IMG/VR virus record: IMGVR_UViG_3300045912_000261
Span: 32,001 to 96,000 of that record
Strand: one strand, 5' to 3'
Length of the DNA stretch: 64,000 nucleotides
DNA from: a virus
The notes below the pieces were generated by a model. It ran no database searches, was not told where the DNA came from, and worked only from the letters and a program-made list of their open reading frames with translations. The position numbers and the translations under genes were made by a program. The stretch's first letter is position 1; each line of letters starts with the position of its first letter. Shown piece by piece: positions 44,915 through 54,969 of the stretch.

Positions 44915-45271
44915 TTACGCAGTAGCGGGCTGGTTACTGTGCAGCAGGAACCACATCTTGCCGGCAGGAACACCTGGCTCGTCGTCTAGGCGATAGACCC
45001 GCCCGATGAGACGCTTGCCCGCGCCCGCGGTAAGCGAGATGGTGTTGTCGGCGGCTGTGAGGTAAACCTCACCACCCTTTGCTGCAGCCCCGCCTGGGTC
45101 GGTGATCTCGAAGATCCCCTTGATGCGGAGCGTGTACTTCTCCCCGGACGCGGCGTTGACCTCCGGGATGCCCACCCAGCCCTGCTCGATAACGGGCACG
45201 CCGGCAGTGCGGGCGGCAGCGGCGGTGACCTCAATCCGGCCATCGTCCAGGTTGCCACGATGGTTCAGCAT
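44915..45271 (-). CDS. Capsid cement/decoration protein (DUF2190-like)
   Basis: Size, G.F...G..VY pattern, and position next to the major capsid gene. Confidence 0.7.
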   Translation of the reverse strand: MLNHRGNLDDGRIEVTAAAARTAGVPVIEQGWVGIPEVNAASGEKYTLRIKGIFEITDPGGAAAKGGEVYLTAADNTISLTAGAGKRLIGRVYRLDDEPGVPAGKMWFLLHSNQPATA

Positions 45272-45306
45272 GCTCTATTGCTCCTAACTATCTCGAACGG
45301 GATGGG

Positions 45307-45969
45307 TTAGGACTTTGCGCCCGCTGTCTCCGCCGGCATGGGCTCGGCGATGAGCTTGTCGATCTCCGCGTTGGGAGACCATCGCGGACGCTTGGTGACG
45401 CCACCCTCCTTCGTTTCCGCCTCATCCGACTTGCCGTCGGTCGCAGGGGCTGCCGGCCCTAGGCCGCGAACCCGAGCGGAGGCCTGAATGTACTCACTGA
45501 TCTCTTCCTTCTTGGCCTCGATCAGCTCGGCTGCCTTCTCCTTGAAGACGTCCATCTGAGACTTGGTCTCAGACCCATCCTCAGAGGTCTCGGCCTCGTA
45601 CACCGCGTCGTACATCTCTGCGCGGATGGTCTTCTGCGAAGCAGGCCGCAGACCACTCGCTGCCAGCATGCGGTCTAGCTCTGCACGCTGATCCCGCTTG
45701 AGGTCCTCGACCTTCTGCATCTCACGAACTTCGGCAACCGCGGCCTCGCGAGCCTCAGTGAGCATCTTCTCAAGCTCCTCCCGGGTAACCGGGACGGTCT
45801 CAGAGGTCTCACCCTCAGCCTGGCTTTCAGTTGCCTCCGTGCCGGGTACAGTAACACCCTGGTTGGACAGAGCCTCAATCGTCTCTGCCTCAACCTGCGC
45901 ACGGAACTGATCGAGAAGGTCTGGACGGTCCTGCATCAGGTCGTCCAGGGTCCCCTCGAACTTAGCCAT
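45307..45969 (-). CDS. Nested in-frame scaffolding protein (internal start MAKFEGTL)
   Basis: AAGGAGGAG RBS directly upstream of in-frame ATG 45969, just after the protease domain. Confidence 0.6.
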   Translation of the reverse strand: MAKFEGTLDDLMQDRPDLLDQFRAQVEAETIEALSNQGVTVPGTEATESQAEGETSETVPVTREELEKMLTEAREAAVAEVREMQKVEDLKRDQRAELDRMLAASGLRPASQKTIRAEMYDAVYEAETSEDGSETKSQMDVFKEKAAELIEAKKEEISEYIQASARVRGLGPAAPATDGKSDEAETKEGGVTKRPRWSPNAEIDKLIAEPMPAETAGAKS

Positions 45970-48618
45970 GGTCTCCTCCTTGTGGGATTCTGCGACTGAC
46001 ACAAACCCGCCTCCTGCGCCAGCCTCAGTAACGAAGTCTACCGAGCGGCCCTGGATAAAGCTTTCCACGACGCGGTAGTCCTTGCCGTCAACCCTTCCGG
46101 GCTTGGCAATAGCTCGAGCTCGAATGCTGACACCTAGGTGGGCGTGCCCCTTCTTAGCCTTCTGGTGGAAAGCCTCGTCTACGAAGGTGACTCCACCGTA
46201 GCCCGTACCTGTGTCATCAGCCCAAGCTTCCTCGATTACGGCCGCCCAGTCATCGACACTCCTGGTGCGGCCACCTAGCTTCTTCTCCTCCTCCGGAGTG
46301 AGGTGATCCTTGTACATCTTCTTGCCCTCTGCGAGGACCTTGATGTCGCGGCGGATCACGTCGCCGGGGTAGTAGAACCGGTCTGCGGGGTTGCCCGGTC
46401 CCGGAACGATGACGCGGATGATCGCGTCAACATCTTTACCCGAGGGAGTCTTGGGCTTTGAGGGGGCTGTTTTGGACTCGGCAATCGAGACGAGACCCTC
46501 CATGGGGACCATTTCGTCGACGGTTACCTCCGCCCCACCATCCTCAGCTACCTGTACGACATCCCCATCGGGCGGGTCTTCCGTCTCGAGCTCTTCAGAG
46601 ACGGAGCCTTCGGCTTCGCCTTCGGGCGGGGCTTCGACTTGGCCTTCATCCTCTTTGGCATTAGACCCCTTTCTGCCAGCCTTACCGAGAACCTCAAGTG
46701 CGCGGCGGCGCACCTTCTTCTTCTCTTCCTCAGTGAGGTCGGACTGGTTAATCATTGCCAGCGCGAGGCGGGCGTGATTCACGTCCGGGATCGGAAACTT
46801 GTACTCCTTGGACCCATCGGGCTTCGTGCGGACAATCACGGCCGAACGCTTCCTCTCCTCAGCTGAGAGGCGCGCGGCGTAGATCTCCACGCCTGGAGGA
46901 CTAGGTGCCCGAGTTGACTGGTTGCTAGTGCTAGTGCTAGTGCTGGGTGCCCGAGTCGCCTCGGTGCCAGCCTCCTCGGGGGACTTCCTGCCTGAGGTGG
47001 CTGCATCGATACAGGCTTTTCTGGCCTCAACGAAGCTCTTACCCGCACGGATCTGCTTCTTCAGGCAGTCCCCGAAGTTGTTAACGGAGCCTGTTGCGGC
47101 CAGCTTTGCCGTCTGTTCACTAGCTGCCTCCGACACTCTGGGGATGGGGGGCAACTTCTTACCAAGGATGCTCCTGGGGCCCCGAATGATCCTGCCGCTC
47201 TTGTCCTCCACAAGCGCCGGCATCGAACGGTTACCGTTCTTGACGATCACCCACGTAAAGCCCTTCGGTGAACCTTGGGAACGGTCATCCTGCTCGCTGT
47301 CAACTCGGGCACCCTGTCCTTCAGGGGACTCGTCCGACGAGTCATCAGCCGAATCGGCCGAATCGGCACCGGAGTCTACCGCCCCAGGCTCCTCCACCGA
47401 GTCGTCGGTAGGATTAGGTGCCGAGTCGTCCGACGCGCTGGGTACCTCGTCGTCAGTAGTGGAGGCTTCATCCTTGGCTGGAGTCTCTGCGGTAGCTGAG
47501 GACTCCGAGGTCTCAGCCTTCTTGTACTCGATCTCGACGCGCTCTGCTTCGCCGTTAAGGACGACCTGCCCAGCGGAGTCGACAGAGTAGAACTGGCGAT
47601 AGAGTTCGGGGCCATGGGCATCGCCATGGCGATCGAACTCAAAGATCACGTGGTCGTTAAACGTCTCGCGGATGTAGCAATACCCGCTGTTGGCGTAGAG
47701 AGGGTCGTTCTTCTTGTACTTCTCCCGCAGGGCGGCGTGAAGTCTCTCCTTGATCCTCTCCTGGGAGGCAGCCTCGGCGCTTTCGTCTCCACTACAGCCG
47801 CAACCGCCCTCCTCGGCGGCTTTCTTCAGAAGCTCGACCTGCTTTGCCATAGCTGCGGCCTCCCACGCCTCCATGTCGTCGCCGTCGGTCCCGTCGTCGT
47901 CGGGATCGTCCCAGGCGAAGCCAGGATCGGCAATGTCGTCGTACACGGAGGGCGCATCCCTCTCCATCCCTGGATCGTAGCCCTCCTTCGTCTCCCTCTC
48001 CATCTCGGCCTCGAGGAAGTCAGAGAGCTCGTTGCAGAAGACGTCGAACCCCTCCTCGTCAGGCATCCAGCTAGGGAGCAAAATGGTATTGCCCGCCTCC
48101 AGAAGCTCCATTGCTTCCGCAGCGGACGCGGCCTTCTTGGCCTTGATCAGGGCAATGTCCCTTGCGCGGCTCTTGCGCCACGAAGTTGTGCCCAGCCACT
48201 GGTCCTTTAGCCAAGCACAGAGTCTGTTGACATTACCACCGCCCCGAGCAACGAGGTGAGGCTTCTTGCTCAAGACTCGGACACACTTGGTAAACCGTCC
48301 GTTAGCCCACTTACCGAAGGTGCGGACGAGACGGCGAACCGGCTCCTGCCGAGCCTCGGGGTCCTTCCCGCCCATCGAGCCCGAACGGATCTTCTCGGCA
48401 ACCTCGGCGTCAGTGAGCCCAAACTGCCTTCCTAGAGCTTTGGCAACTGCCTCAGCGAGCTCCTCAGAGGTGGTCCCCGGACGAACGTTGATGCCGGAAA
48501 CCGTACGAGGACTATTCGGCGTCCAGAGGGGGTCACCGTTGGAACCTACAAACACGTTGTAGGTCGATGAGCCAGTGGTGTTTCCGGCGCTGCCGGAAGT
48601 GCTCTGGTCGTCTGCCAT
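45307..48618 (-). CDS. Large prohead protease/scaffold polyprotein
   Basis: Protease core I..GPGN..YYP, MYKDH, RSV.D, GVSI, SVDFVTEAGAGG, followed by an acidic helical scaffold tail. Confidence 0.8.
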   Translation of the reverse strand: MADDQSTSGSAGNTTGSSTYNVFVGSNGDPLWTPNSPRTVSGINVRPGTTSEELAEAVAKALGRQFGLTDAEVAEKIRSGSMGGKDPEARQEPVRRLVRTFGKWANGRFTKCVRVLSKKPHLVARGGGNVNRLCAWLKDQWLGTTSWRKSRARDIALIKAKKAASAAEAMELLEAGNTILLPSWMPDEEGFDVFCNELSDFLEAEMERETKEGYDPGMERDAPSVYDDIADPGFAWDDPDDDGTDGDDMEAWEAAAMAKQVELLKKAAEEGGCGCSGDESAEAASQERIKERLHAALREKYKKNDPLYANSGYCYIRETFNDHVIFEFDRHGDAHGPELYRQFYSVDSAGQVVLNGEAERVEIEYKKAETSESSATAETPAKDEASTTDDEVPSASDDSAPNPTDDSVEEPGAVDSGADSADSADDSSDESPEGQGARVDSEQDDRSQGSPKGFTWVIVKNGNRSMPALVEDKSGRIIRGPRSILGKKLPPIPRVSEAASEQTAKLAATGSVNNFGDCLKKQIRAGKSFVEARKACIDAATSGRKSPEEAGTEATRAPSTSTSTSNQSTRAPSPPGVEIYAARLSAEERKRSAVIVRTKPDGSKEYKFPIPDVNHARLALAMINQSDLTEEEKKKVRRRALEVLGKAGRKGSNAKEDEGQVEAPPEGEAEGSVSEELETEDPPDGDVVQVAEDGGAEVTVDEMVPMEGLVSIAESKTAPSKPKTPSGKDVDAIIRVIVPGPGNPADRFYYPGDVIRRDIKVLAEGKKMYKDHLTPEEEKKLGGRTRSVDDWAAVIEEAWADDTGTGYGGVTFVDEAFHQKAKKGHAHLGVSIRARAIAKPGRVDGKDYRVVESFIQGRSVDFVTEAGAGGGFVSVAESHKEETMAKFEGTLDDLMQDRPDLLDQFRAQVEAETIEALSNQGVTVPGTEATESQAEGETSETVPVTREELEKMLTEAREAAVAEVREMQKVEDLKRDQRAELDRMLAASGLRPASQKTIRAEMYDAVYEAETSEDGSETKSQMDVFKEKAAELIEAKKEEISEYIQASARVRGLGPAAPATDGKSDEAETKEGGVTKRPRWSPNAEIDKLIAEPMPAETAGAKS

Positions 48619-48640
48619 AAACTCTGTGGTCCTATCTCTT

Positions 48641-48679
48641 ATTTTAGCTGGCGGCCCACGAGGAAATCACGATCATTTT
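48641..48679 (-). promoter_or_regulatory. Putative late promoter (AAAATGATCGTGA-N20-TAAAAT)
   Basis: Same 13-mer and the same 20-nt spacing to a -10-like hexamer as at 62485-62523. Confidence 0.7.
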
Positions 48680-48698
48680 GGTCTATTTTAGTATGGGG

Positions 48699-49031
48699 CT
48701 AAGAGAAGAAGGCATCCCCGAGAGGGAAACCCGCAGCTACCTCCGGAGGGGTGTACCCCTCGACCCCTGTAACCTCATCCAGGGTGTGGACCATCAGAGC
48801 CAGAAAGCCTTCCTCGGAGGTGTAGAAACCCTCCATGATCTCGGGGCCTCCTGGGTAGGGAACCAGACCGTAGCCCTCAGGGAGCACAGCTAAAGCTAGG
48901 TCAGCAGCCCCTCTTACTTCCGGGTGCATATCAGGCATACCATTCCTGAAGTGGACCCTCACGAACTTGCCTTCCAGTACTCCTTCAATGGTCACTCCAA
49001 CCCTCCAAGTAGGCCCATTGCTAGATGCCAA
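48699..49031 (-). CDS. Small acidic hypothetical protein
   Basis: Overlaps the 3' end of the giant head-associated gene. Confidence 0.5.
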   Translation of the reverse strand: MASSNGPTWRVGVTIEGVLEGKFVRVHFRNGMPDMHPEVRGAADLALAVLPEGYGLVPYPGGPEIMEGFYTSEEGFLALMVHTLDEVTGVEGYTPPEVAAGFPLGDAFFS

Positions 49032-52000
49032 ACTTCCTGCCAGTCAGCCCGCAAGTGAATCCATCCTACGGAAGGTCTCCAGTGAGTGAAGAGCGACTCG
49101 ATTGCGACCGTAGCAACCTCCATGCCTCTGGGACGCCCCACCCCGGGATTCGCTGGAGGCCAGTAGGCAACCTGCATGTAGTCTTCTGGTAGGACCTGGT
49201 TGGACGCCGGGACCCTCCATCCGAGTAGGGACTGCATCCAGCCTGATAAACTGTCGGCCTGAGGGGCATTAGCCCAGCTGTCCCCGCGCTTGCGTAGAAG
49301 CCACTCCCCCTGCAGAGGAAGCAACCCTGGGTGGACTTCTTCCATGAGGTGAACAAACTCGTGAAGTAGAGTACCCGGCCGAGCGTTCAGGGGGACGACG
49401 ATCGAATGGGACCTTCCTCGGAAAGGATTCCCTATAGCCCCCTTGGAGTAGAACCACCCAGCACCCTTGATGCCTGGCAGCTCTAGCACCACAACATTCT
49501 CTCCGGAGTCGTTCAATCTTCTGAGCCAACTCTTGGGGAGAATGGAAATCTCCCTCAATAGGCGCTGCTGGCCTCTTTCAGCTCCTCTGGCAATATCTAC
49601 GTCCGTAAGCCCCACATAGCCCCGTAGTTCTGCGAGCCCCGGATTGTTTCTGATCCAGGGGCCAAAGTGTGCCACTACATCAGCCGTGGGTACGAACGCG
49701 TTCAGCCCCTCCTCCGGCAGCCCCAGATCCCTGTGCTCTTCCAACACTCGCTTTACAGCCTTGTTCTCAATTGTCTTAAGGGCCTCGCGAGCCTTCTTCT
49801 CGTCTAGCTTCTGCCTCGCCTTCAATACGGGATCCTTAGGGATGCCCTCCGTATCAAGCTTCCTTACCCTCGAGTAGAGCTCCTGGATAGTACCCCACTC
49901 AGGAGTACGCCTAAGGGCCATCTCGTAAGCCTGCCCAACACGTTGTGCTTGCTCTGGAGTACGAATTCCCCTAGCCCGAAGTTGGCTAATGTGGTCCTTC
50001 AACTCGCTTGGACTAAGCCTCTCTAGAATCTCCCACTCACGGTCAGGGTCGTACTGGTAGTCGCTCGGCTCCGGATCGAGAACAGGAGATTCTTCAGGAG
50101 GCCTCGGAGAGATGTCCCCTACAGGTGTGAGTGGAGGCCTAGGGCTTGTAGGACCCGGAGCAGGGTCTGGCGGAGGGGGTTCGACTTCACCCCGGGAGCG
50201 AAGCTCAGCATTGACGTCGGCTAGATCGGACTCAACCCGCTGCCTACCTTCAGGCGTTAGCCTTCTATTCTGGTCGTCCCTCTCTAGAGTACGTCTGAGG
50301 TTGTCCCTAATCCTGCGGAGGGACGAAGTGGCAGCTCGGGCGTACTTGCCTGTTGGTGCAGGAAGTTCGGGCTCGGGAGCCTGCGGAGGCCTAGCCGGAG
50401 CCTGTGGTGTAATCGGAGGAGGCGTCTCATCAGTCCTAGGGGCAGTCTCTGGCGTCCCCGGAGGCTTTGGACCCTGCCGGCGAGTAAGCTCATCCTGGAT
50501 GCGAGCGATGGTTTCTTCGTTACGATTTCTCTCAGGCGACCCGGGGCGCTGCCTCGACGCCAGCCTCTGGCGAAAGGCTAGCATTCTACGTAAGGTTGCG
50601 TCCGGCTGATCCTCCACCCTGAATGGGGTCCGCTGAGGGCCCGGCTCCTCCGGCTCAGGTAGCTCAGGTGTGAACTCTGGTGGAGGGGGAGCTTCGGGGC
50701 CAGGATCCCGATCGATAATGTCAGGGCCCGGAGCGCCAGGAGGCGTAGACGTCCTTTGAGGAACGATGGGAGGCGCTTCCCTCTCCCGGGCTAGATGCTG
50801 CCTAACGTCCCACGTACTCTTGTTGGACTTGTCAGCTACCCTCTTAGCGTGAGCTGCCCCTCCGAAAGCTGCAGCGCGCTGTTGGGCAACATTCCCACCA
50901 GGGCGTCCGAAGAGGATGAGAGAGTCCCCTTCCTGAACTGCCTTAGTGTACGCAGTCGTTCCCCTACGGGCGTCTTCCGACAAACTCTTCCACTGGGGGT
51001 GCAACAAAGCTGAGCGGTTCCAGGCTGCCTTGTCGGCCCCCGTACCCTCCTCGGGATCGAAATCAACCTCAATCCACCTCAAGCGGTCGGCCCACTGGGA
51101 TCGGGAACCTAGAACTCGCGTAAGGTACCGAATAGCACTCTGCCGCTGCTGGGGGTTCTGCACGTGGATCTCAGCGCGTCCGTCACCGGCTAGGACGCCG
51201 ATTACGAACTCCATGTCACCCGTGGTGCCTCCAGTAACAGCCGTCTTACCCCGCTGGGCTAGCCAATAGCCCACTTTACGGGCGTAGAGCCTGTCCTCAG
51301 TAGAGAGCCGCCGGGTTGCAATCAGGGAAACCTTCTCGGAGGCAGCCGGGACGGCGTCTTCAGGGATGTCAGGCCCACCGATGCGGGCGATTTGATCCCT
51401 GACCTGAGGAACATCCGGCGTCTTAGGTGGCTCTCCTGGGGGAGCAGCAGGAGGTTCAGGACGAATCGTCCGTACGTACTGGCTCATCTCGCCCTTGAGC
51501 ACCTCTCTTAGGCGAGGAACGTACTTGCGTGCGATCTCGTTGTAGGCTTTGCGGGCCTTATTAGGGTCGTGGAAGCCCCTATTGACTCTGCCCTCACGGT
51601 TAAAGATATCTAGGGTGTCTGGGTCAAACTTTAGTTCGACAAGTACCTCACGAAGGGCTCTCTGTTCCTCCGGAGTACCTACACGACCCTGCAGGATGGC
51701 ACGCAGGCGATCACGCCGAAACTGGGGGTGATTCCAGTTATCAAGATGTTCAGGACTGTCAATCCGGAGCACCCTGGGGGCCTCAATGTCAACGTTCCCT
51801 GAATCGAACTCCTGCCGGCGGGGAGTGCCTCCTAGCATCAGCATCACCCGCAGCGAGGCCTCATACGGGGGCATTCCCTCGCGGGTCATTGCGTGCATAA
51901 GTACCGCCGAGCGTGTGCGATTCTTATCTAGTACAAGGTCGCGGGCATCCGGCGCAGGGGAGGTAAAGCCAACCTGATCAGCCGGTACGAAGCCCTTAAA

Positions 52001-54085
52001 CGGGGGGTATCGGCGAGAGCGGCCGGATAGCTCCTCGAGCGTCGGTGGATCTGGTCCAGCAAGAGGCTTCTCAGACCGAGTAAGCCACCTCCGGAACTCA
52101 TCTGCGTCGGTTAGATCACGCTGCATCCGGGACAGAAGACGATCTGTACGCTCCTCAAACTCGGAGTCCGTCTCCAGCTGTCCTCTCTGGAGGTTCTCGT
52201 CATCCTCATAGAGCTTATTCCAGTCCTCATCGGCTCGAAGCAGATGACGGCCCGTGTGCGTCATTCCATGCCGGTTGCGGTCCTCGTCATGGAACTCGTA
52301 AATTTCGCCCTTAATATCCTCGACGAACTCGCTTAGGTTGGCTTTGACCTTAGCGTAGTTACGGGCAATAAGCTCCTCTGGCACGGTTCCTGACCGGAAG
52401 CGTCGTGCAGTTAGTCGAATGGCCTGCTGCTCGGAAAAGCCTTCCCAACGCTTCAAGCCCTCAATCGAGACGAACTGGGCAACGGCTGCGGACCGAGCCT
52501 TACCCGAGGCAATGGGCGCAATATCAGCCGCCTTACGAAGCTGCTCCAGACGGCGGCTCCGTAGGAGGTCGCTGATCGTGTTTGCCCGCAGGGCCACATC
52601 ACGGTCAGGAAACTTGCGGAACTGTGTTTCCAAGCCCCGATGGATTGCTAGGAGCTGCGGCGTTGGCAGATCCTCGTACATGGCCCTCAAGGCCGTCGTG
52701 TCAACAGGCCCCCTACGGCGAATAACCTTTCGAGGACCTGTAGCGGGAAGCTTATCCGGTACCGGAATCAGTGGGGAAGGAGCTCTAGCGGGACGCCGGG
52801 CACTTCGGTGCTGAATCGCCCTTCGGACAGCTGCTAGTTCGGCCCTATCACGCCTCCGGTGAGCAGGTGTTAGAGCACCGGCTGCTCTGAAGATGATTGT
52901 GTCCTCGAGCCTTCGGAGGGCGGCATCGGAAATATCCGAAGCAGCTAGCTTGAGACCCCTACTTTCTACGTACTCCCCATACTCTTTGGTTCCGGCATAG
53001 AGGTCTTCAGGAACGGGCTCCAAAGGGAACGGAACCTCCTGGGCCGCAGTCTGAGCCTCTCGGCCGGCCTGAGTGGCCCGACGCTCCCTGAGTTTCTCGA
53101 AGTCCTCTGAGGGAATAAGAGGCTTTTCCATCTCCCGAAGACGTTGGCGGGTACGTCCACTCTTAGCCCTCGGAGAACCCAGCCTCTCACGCTCTTTGGT
53201 GGCAATAGCCATCTGGAGCGCCTCAATCAGAATCCGATTCCTGTTCTCTTCAACCGGATCCGTGAAAGTCTGTGCCTCGACATCCGGGTTATCGGGATCG
53301 AAGCCGAAAGCCTTGTTGAGCTCCTTACGGAGGTCATCCAGGGTAGGAGCTCTCCGAACGGTCTTGCCTCCCATTCGCTCTGTGATGGGAGACCGCAGGA
53401 TCCGACGACTCTCCCGAGAGACCTCAGCATCGAATGCTGTCGTCCCCGGCTGGAAGATGACTGGCTCTGGGGGCGGAGAAGGCTCAAAGGCCGGCTGGGC
53501 CGGTTGGCTGGGAGAACGAAGCTCCTGCCTCAGACTACGGAGACCCCTCTGAGGCGTAGTTGCCTCCCCGGGAGGCTGGGGAACCCTGCGAGCCAGGTCT
53601 CTGGGGGTGGCAGCCTCAGGGCTAGGAGCTCCTGGAGGACTAGGTGCCCGAGTTGCTTGATGCCCTGCGGGCCTCTCCTCCACGAAGACAGGACGGCCGT
53701 TAATCCACGTCCAGAAGCCTCCTAGCTGCCGAATCTGCTCCTGCTTACGCCTCTCGTGGTACCAGCGCCTATAGGCCGTGTCGGCGTAGTCCTGAGGCCT
53801 CGGAGGAACGAGGTCCGCGTCGGACCCCTTAACGCCGGGGCGGCCGCGAACCTGCCCTAGCCTTCCTACACCCCCACCCCCGGAGCCCCGCCCGAGGCCT
53901 ACGCTAGGTGTGAGCGCTCTACGGGTCCTACGGGCGCTGGGTGTGACGTCAGGGAGCAGAGCCCTTCTGATGGAGCCTTTAATCCGCCCTTTTAGCCGGC
54001 CAGAGAGGCCGCCGCGACGCCCCAGGGGGCGCCAGCGCTCCTCCAGGTCCGCAACATTATAGGTAGGCCTTAAAGTGTCGCTCAA
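48992..54085 (-). CDS. Giant (1697 aa) multidomain head-associated protein with a SLOG/DprA-like segment and a C-terminal zincin metallopeptidase
   Basis: Lies between portal and protease. SLIATR...LA..G..VTGG..GD..F segment, LLHEFVHLME plus downstream E(VATVAIESLF), and Pro/Arg-rich linkers. Confidence 0.7.
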   Translation of the reverse strand: MSDTLRPTYNVADLEERWRPLGRRGGLSGRLKGRIKGSIRRALLPDVTPSARRTRRALTPSVGLGRGSGGGGVGRLGQVRGRPGVKGSDADLVPPRPQDYADTAYRRWYHERRKQEQIRQLGGFWTWINGRPVFVEERPAGHQATRAPSPPGAPSPEAATPRDLARRVPQPPGEATTPQRGLRSLRQELRSPSQPAQPAFEPSPPPEPVIFQPGTTAFDAEVSRESRRILRSPITERMGGKTVRRAPTLDDLRKELNKAFGFDPDNPDVEAQTFTDPVEENRNRILIEALQMAIATKERERLGSPRAKSGRTRQRLREMEKPLIPSEDFEKLRERRATQAGREAQTAAQEVPFPLEPVPEDLYAGTKEYGEYVESRGLKLAASDISDAALRRLEDTIIFRAAGALTPAHRRRDRAELAAVRRAIQHRSARRPARAPSPLIPVPDKLPATGPRKVIRRRGPVDTTALRAMYEDLPTPQLLAIHRGLETQFRKFPDRDVALRANTISDLLRSRRLEQLRKAADIAPIASGKARSAAVAQFVSIEGLKRWEGFSEQQAIRLTARRFRSGTVPEELIARNYAKVKANLSEFVEDIKGEIYEFHDEDRNRHGMTHTGRHLLRADEDWNKLYEDDENLQRGQLETDSEFEERTDRLLSRMQRDLTDADEFRRWLTRSEKPLAGPDPPTLEELSGRSRRYPPFKGFVPADQVGFTSPAPDARDLVLDKNRTRSAVLMHAMTREGMPPYEASLRVMLMLGGTPRRQEFDSGNVDIEAPRVLRIDSPEHLDNWNHPQFRRDRLRAILQGRVGTPEEQRALREVLVELKFDPDTLDIFNREGRVNRGFHDPNKARKAYNEIARKYVPRLREVLKGEMSQYVRTIRPEPPAAPPGEPPKTPDVPQVRDQIARIGGPDIPEDAVPAASEKVSLIATRRLSTEDRLYARKVGYWLAQRGKTAVTGGTTGDMEFVIGVLAGDGRAEIHVQNPQQRQSAIRYLTRVLGSRSQWADRLRWIEVDFDPEEGTGADKAAWNRSALLHPQWKSLSEDARRGTTAYTKAVQEGDSLILFGRPGGNVAQQRAAAFGGAAHAKRVADKSNKSTWDVRQHLAREREAPPIVPQRTSTPPGAPGPDIIDRDPGPEAPPPPEFTPELPEPEEPGPQRTPFRVEDQPDATLRRMLAFRQRLASRQRPGSPERNRNEETIARIQDELTRRQGPKPPGTPETAPRTDETPPPITPQAPARPPQAPEPELPAPTGKYARAATSSLRRIRDNLRRTLERDDQNRRLTPEGRQRVESDLADVNAELRSRGEVEPPPPDPAPGPTSPRPPLTPVGDISPRPPEESPVLDPEPSDYQYDPDREWEILERLSPSELKDHISQLRARGIRTPEQAQRVGQAYEMALRRTPEWGTIQELYSRVRKLDTEGIPKDPVLKARQKLDEKKAREALKTIENKAVKRVLEEHRDLGLPEEGLNAFVPTADVVAHFGPWIRNNPGLAELRGYVGLTDVDIARGAERGQQRLLREISILPKSWLRRLNDSGENVVVLELPGIKGAGWFYSKGAIGNPFRGRSHSIVVPLNARPGTLLHEFVHLMEEVHPGLLPLQGEWLLRKRGDSWANAPQADSLSGWMQSLLGWRVPASNQVLPEDYMQVAYWPPANPGVGRPRGMEVATVAIESLFTHWRPSVGWIHLRADWQEVWHLAMGLLGGLE

Positions 54086-54552
54086 TCTTCATCCTGTACG
54101 TTTGCCGGGAAGTCAGCCTGCTCCTGATCCACCTTTACGGACCAATGCTCAAAGGTGATGCCATCATCCCCTGGGTACGGAACCTGGTGGACGACTCGAC
54201 CGTAAGCAATATCCTCAGGGATCCCCTCGGGAAACGCCATACAGGTACCCGGTTTACGCCAGTTGTGGAGAGCACAGTTTCGGCAAGAAACCTCAGGGGC
54301 CTCCTCCCGCATCATCCAGCTGGGAAGCTGATGCCCTTGAAAGCCTCCGTAGGGAGATGCTCCAAACTGAGGTGGGACGGCCGGCCTGACTTTCTCCTGC
54401 ACCCTTCTCAGGTGAGGCTTGATAAAAGCACCGTCGCTGCGTACGTACCCTGGAACAGCCTCGATGTCAACTCGCTCACCTGGGCTCAGAGGCCTCAGAG
54501 GCTTAGCCATGCGCGCCTCCCTGATCCCCCGGAATGTCCGAACCGCGGGCAT
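54082..54552 (-). CDS. Cys-rich protein (C..C...C.AFP.GIP...H..PYPGD.GI.F)
   Basis: Motif read directly. Coupled to the giant gene. Confidence 0.7.
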   Translation of the reverse strand: MPAVRTFRGIREARMAKPLRPLSPGERVDIEAVPGYVRSDGAFIKPHLRRVQEKVRPAVPPQFGASPYGGFQGHQLPSWMMREEAPEVSCRNCALHNWRKPGTCMAFPEGIPEDIAYGRVVHQVPYPGDDGITFEHWSVKVDQEQADFPANVQDED

Positions 54553-54654
54553 GCCCAGGGAAAAGAACAGGCCTAGGTCTCGCGGAGCGAGGGGGCCCGG
54601 GGCGGGGTGGGGGTTGGGGGGCGGGGGAGGGGGCTGGTGCCATCGTGAAAGGCA

Positions 54655-54969
54655 TTATCGTCCTAAGATTCGCTTCTTTTGTTGATCCTTAGCACGAGCA
54701 AGACGATCGGAGGCAGTCGGCGGTTTCGAGGCAGTGATAACGAAGACTGGACGCCCGTTCTTCTGTGTCCAATACCCGCCAAGACGACGAGCCTGCTGGA
54801 TCTTACGCCGCAGACCTGACTTCTTGGCGCCAACAGCATTCGGGCCGACGAGGCGTCTGACGGGTACTTTAAGGCGGAGCGCTGGCTTACGTACGTACTT
54901 AGACACCGCCGTTGCTCCTGAACCGTTCTTCTGCGATGGCCCGACGTAAGGCCTCCACAGCGGCAGCAT
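54655..54969 (-). CDS. Small basic protein with a W...NGRPVFV motif
   Basis: Shares LGG[FY]WT..NGRPVFV with the giant protein. Start uncertain. Confidence 0.6.
   Translation of the reverse strand: MLPLWRPYVGPSQKNGSGATAVSKYVRKPALRLKVPVRRLVGPNAVGAKKSGLRRKIQQARRLGGYWTQKNGRPVFVITASKPPTASDRLARAKDQQKKRILGR

Noticed and set aside
46924-46944. (GCTAGT)n microsatellite
   Set aside because: Only about three units, encoding an STSTST linker between two motif copies. No independent significance is evident.
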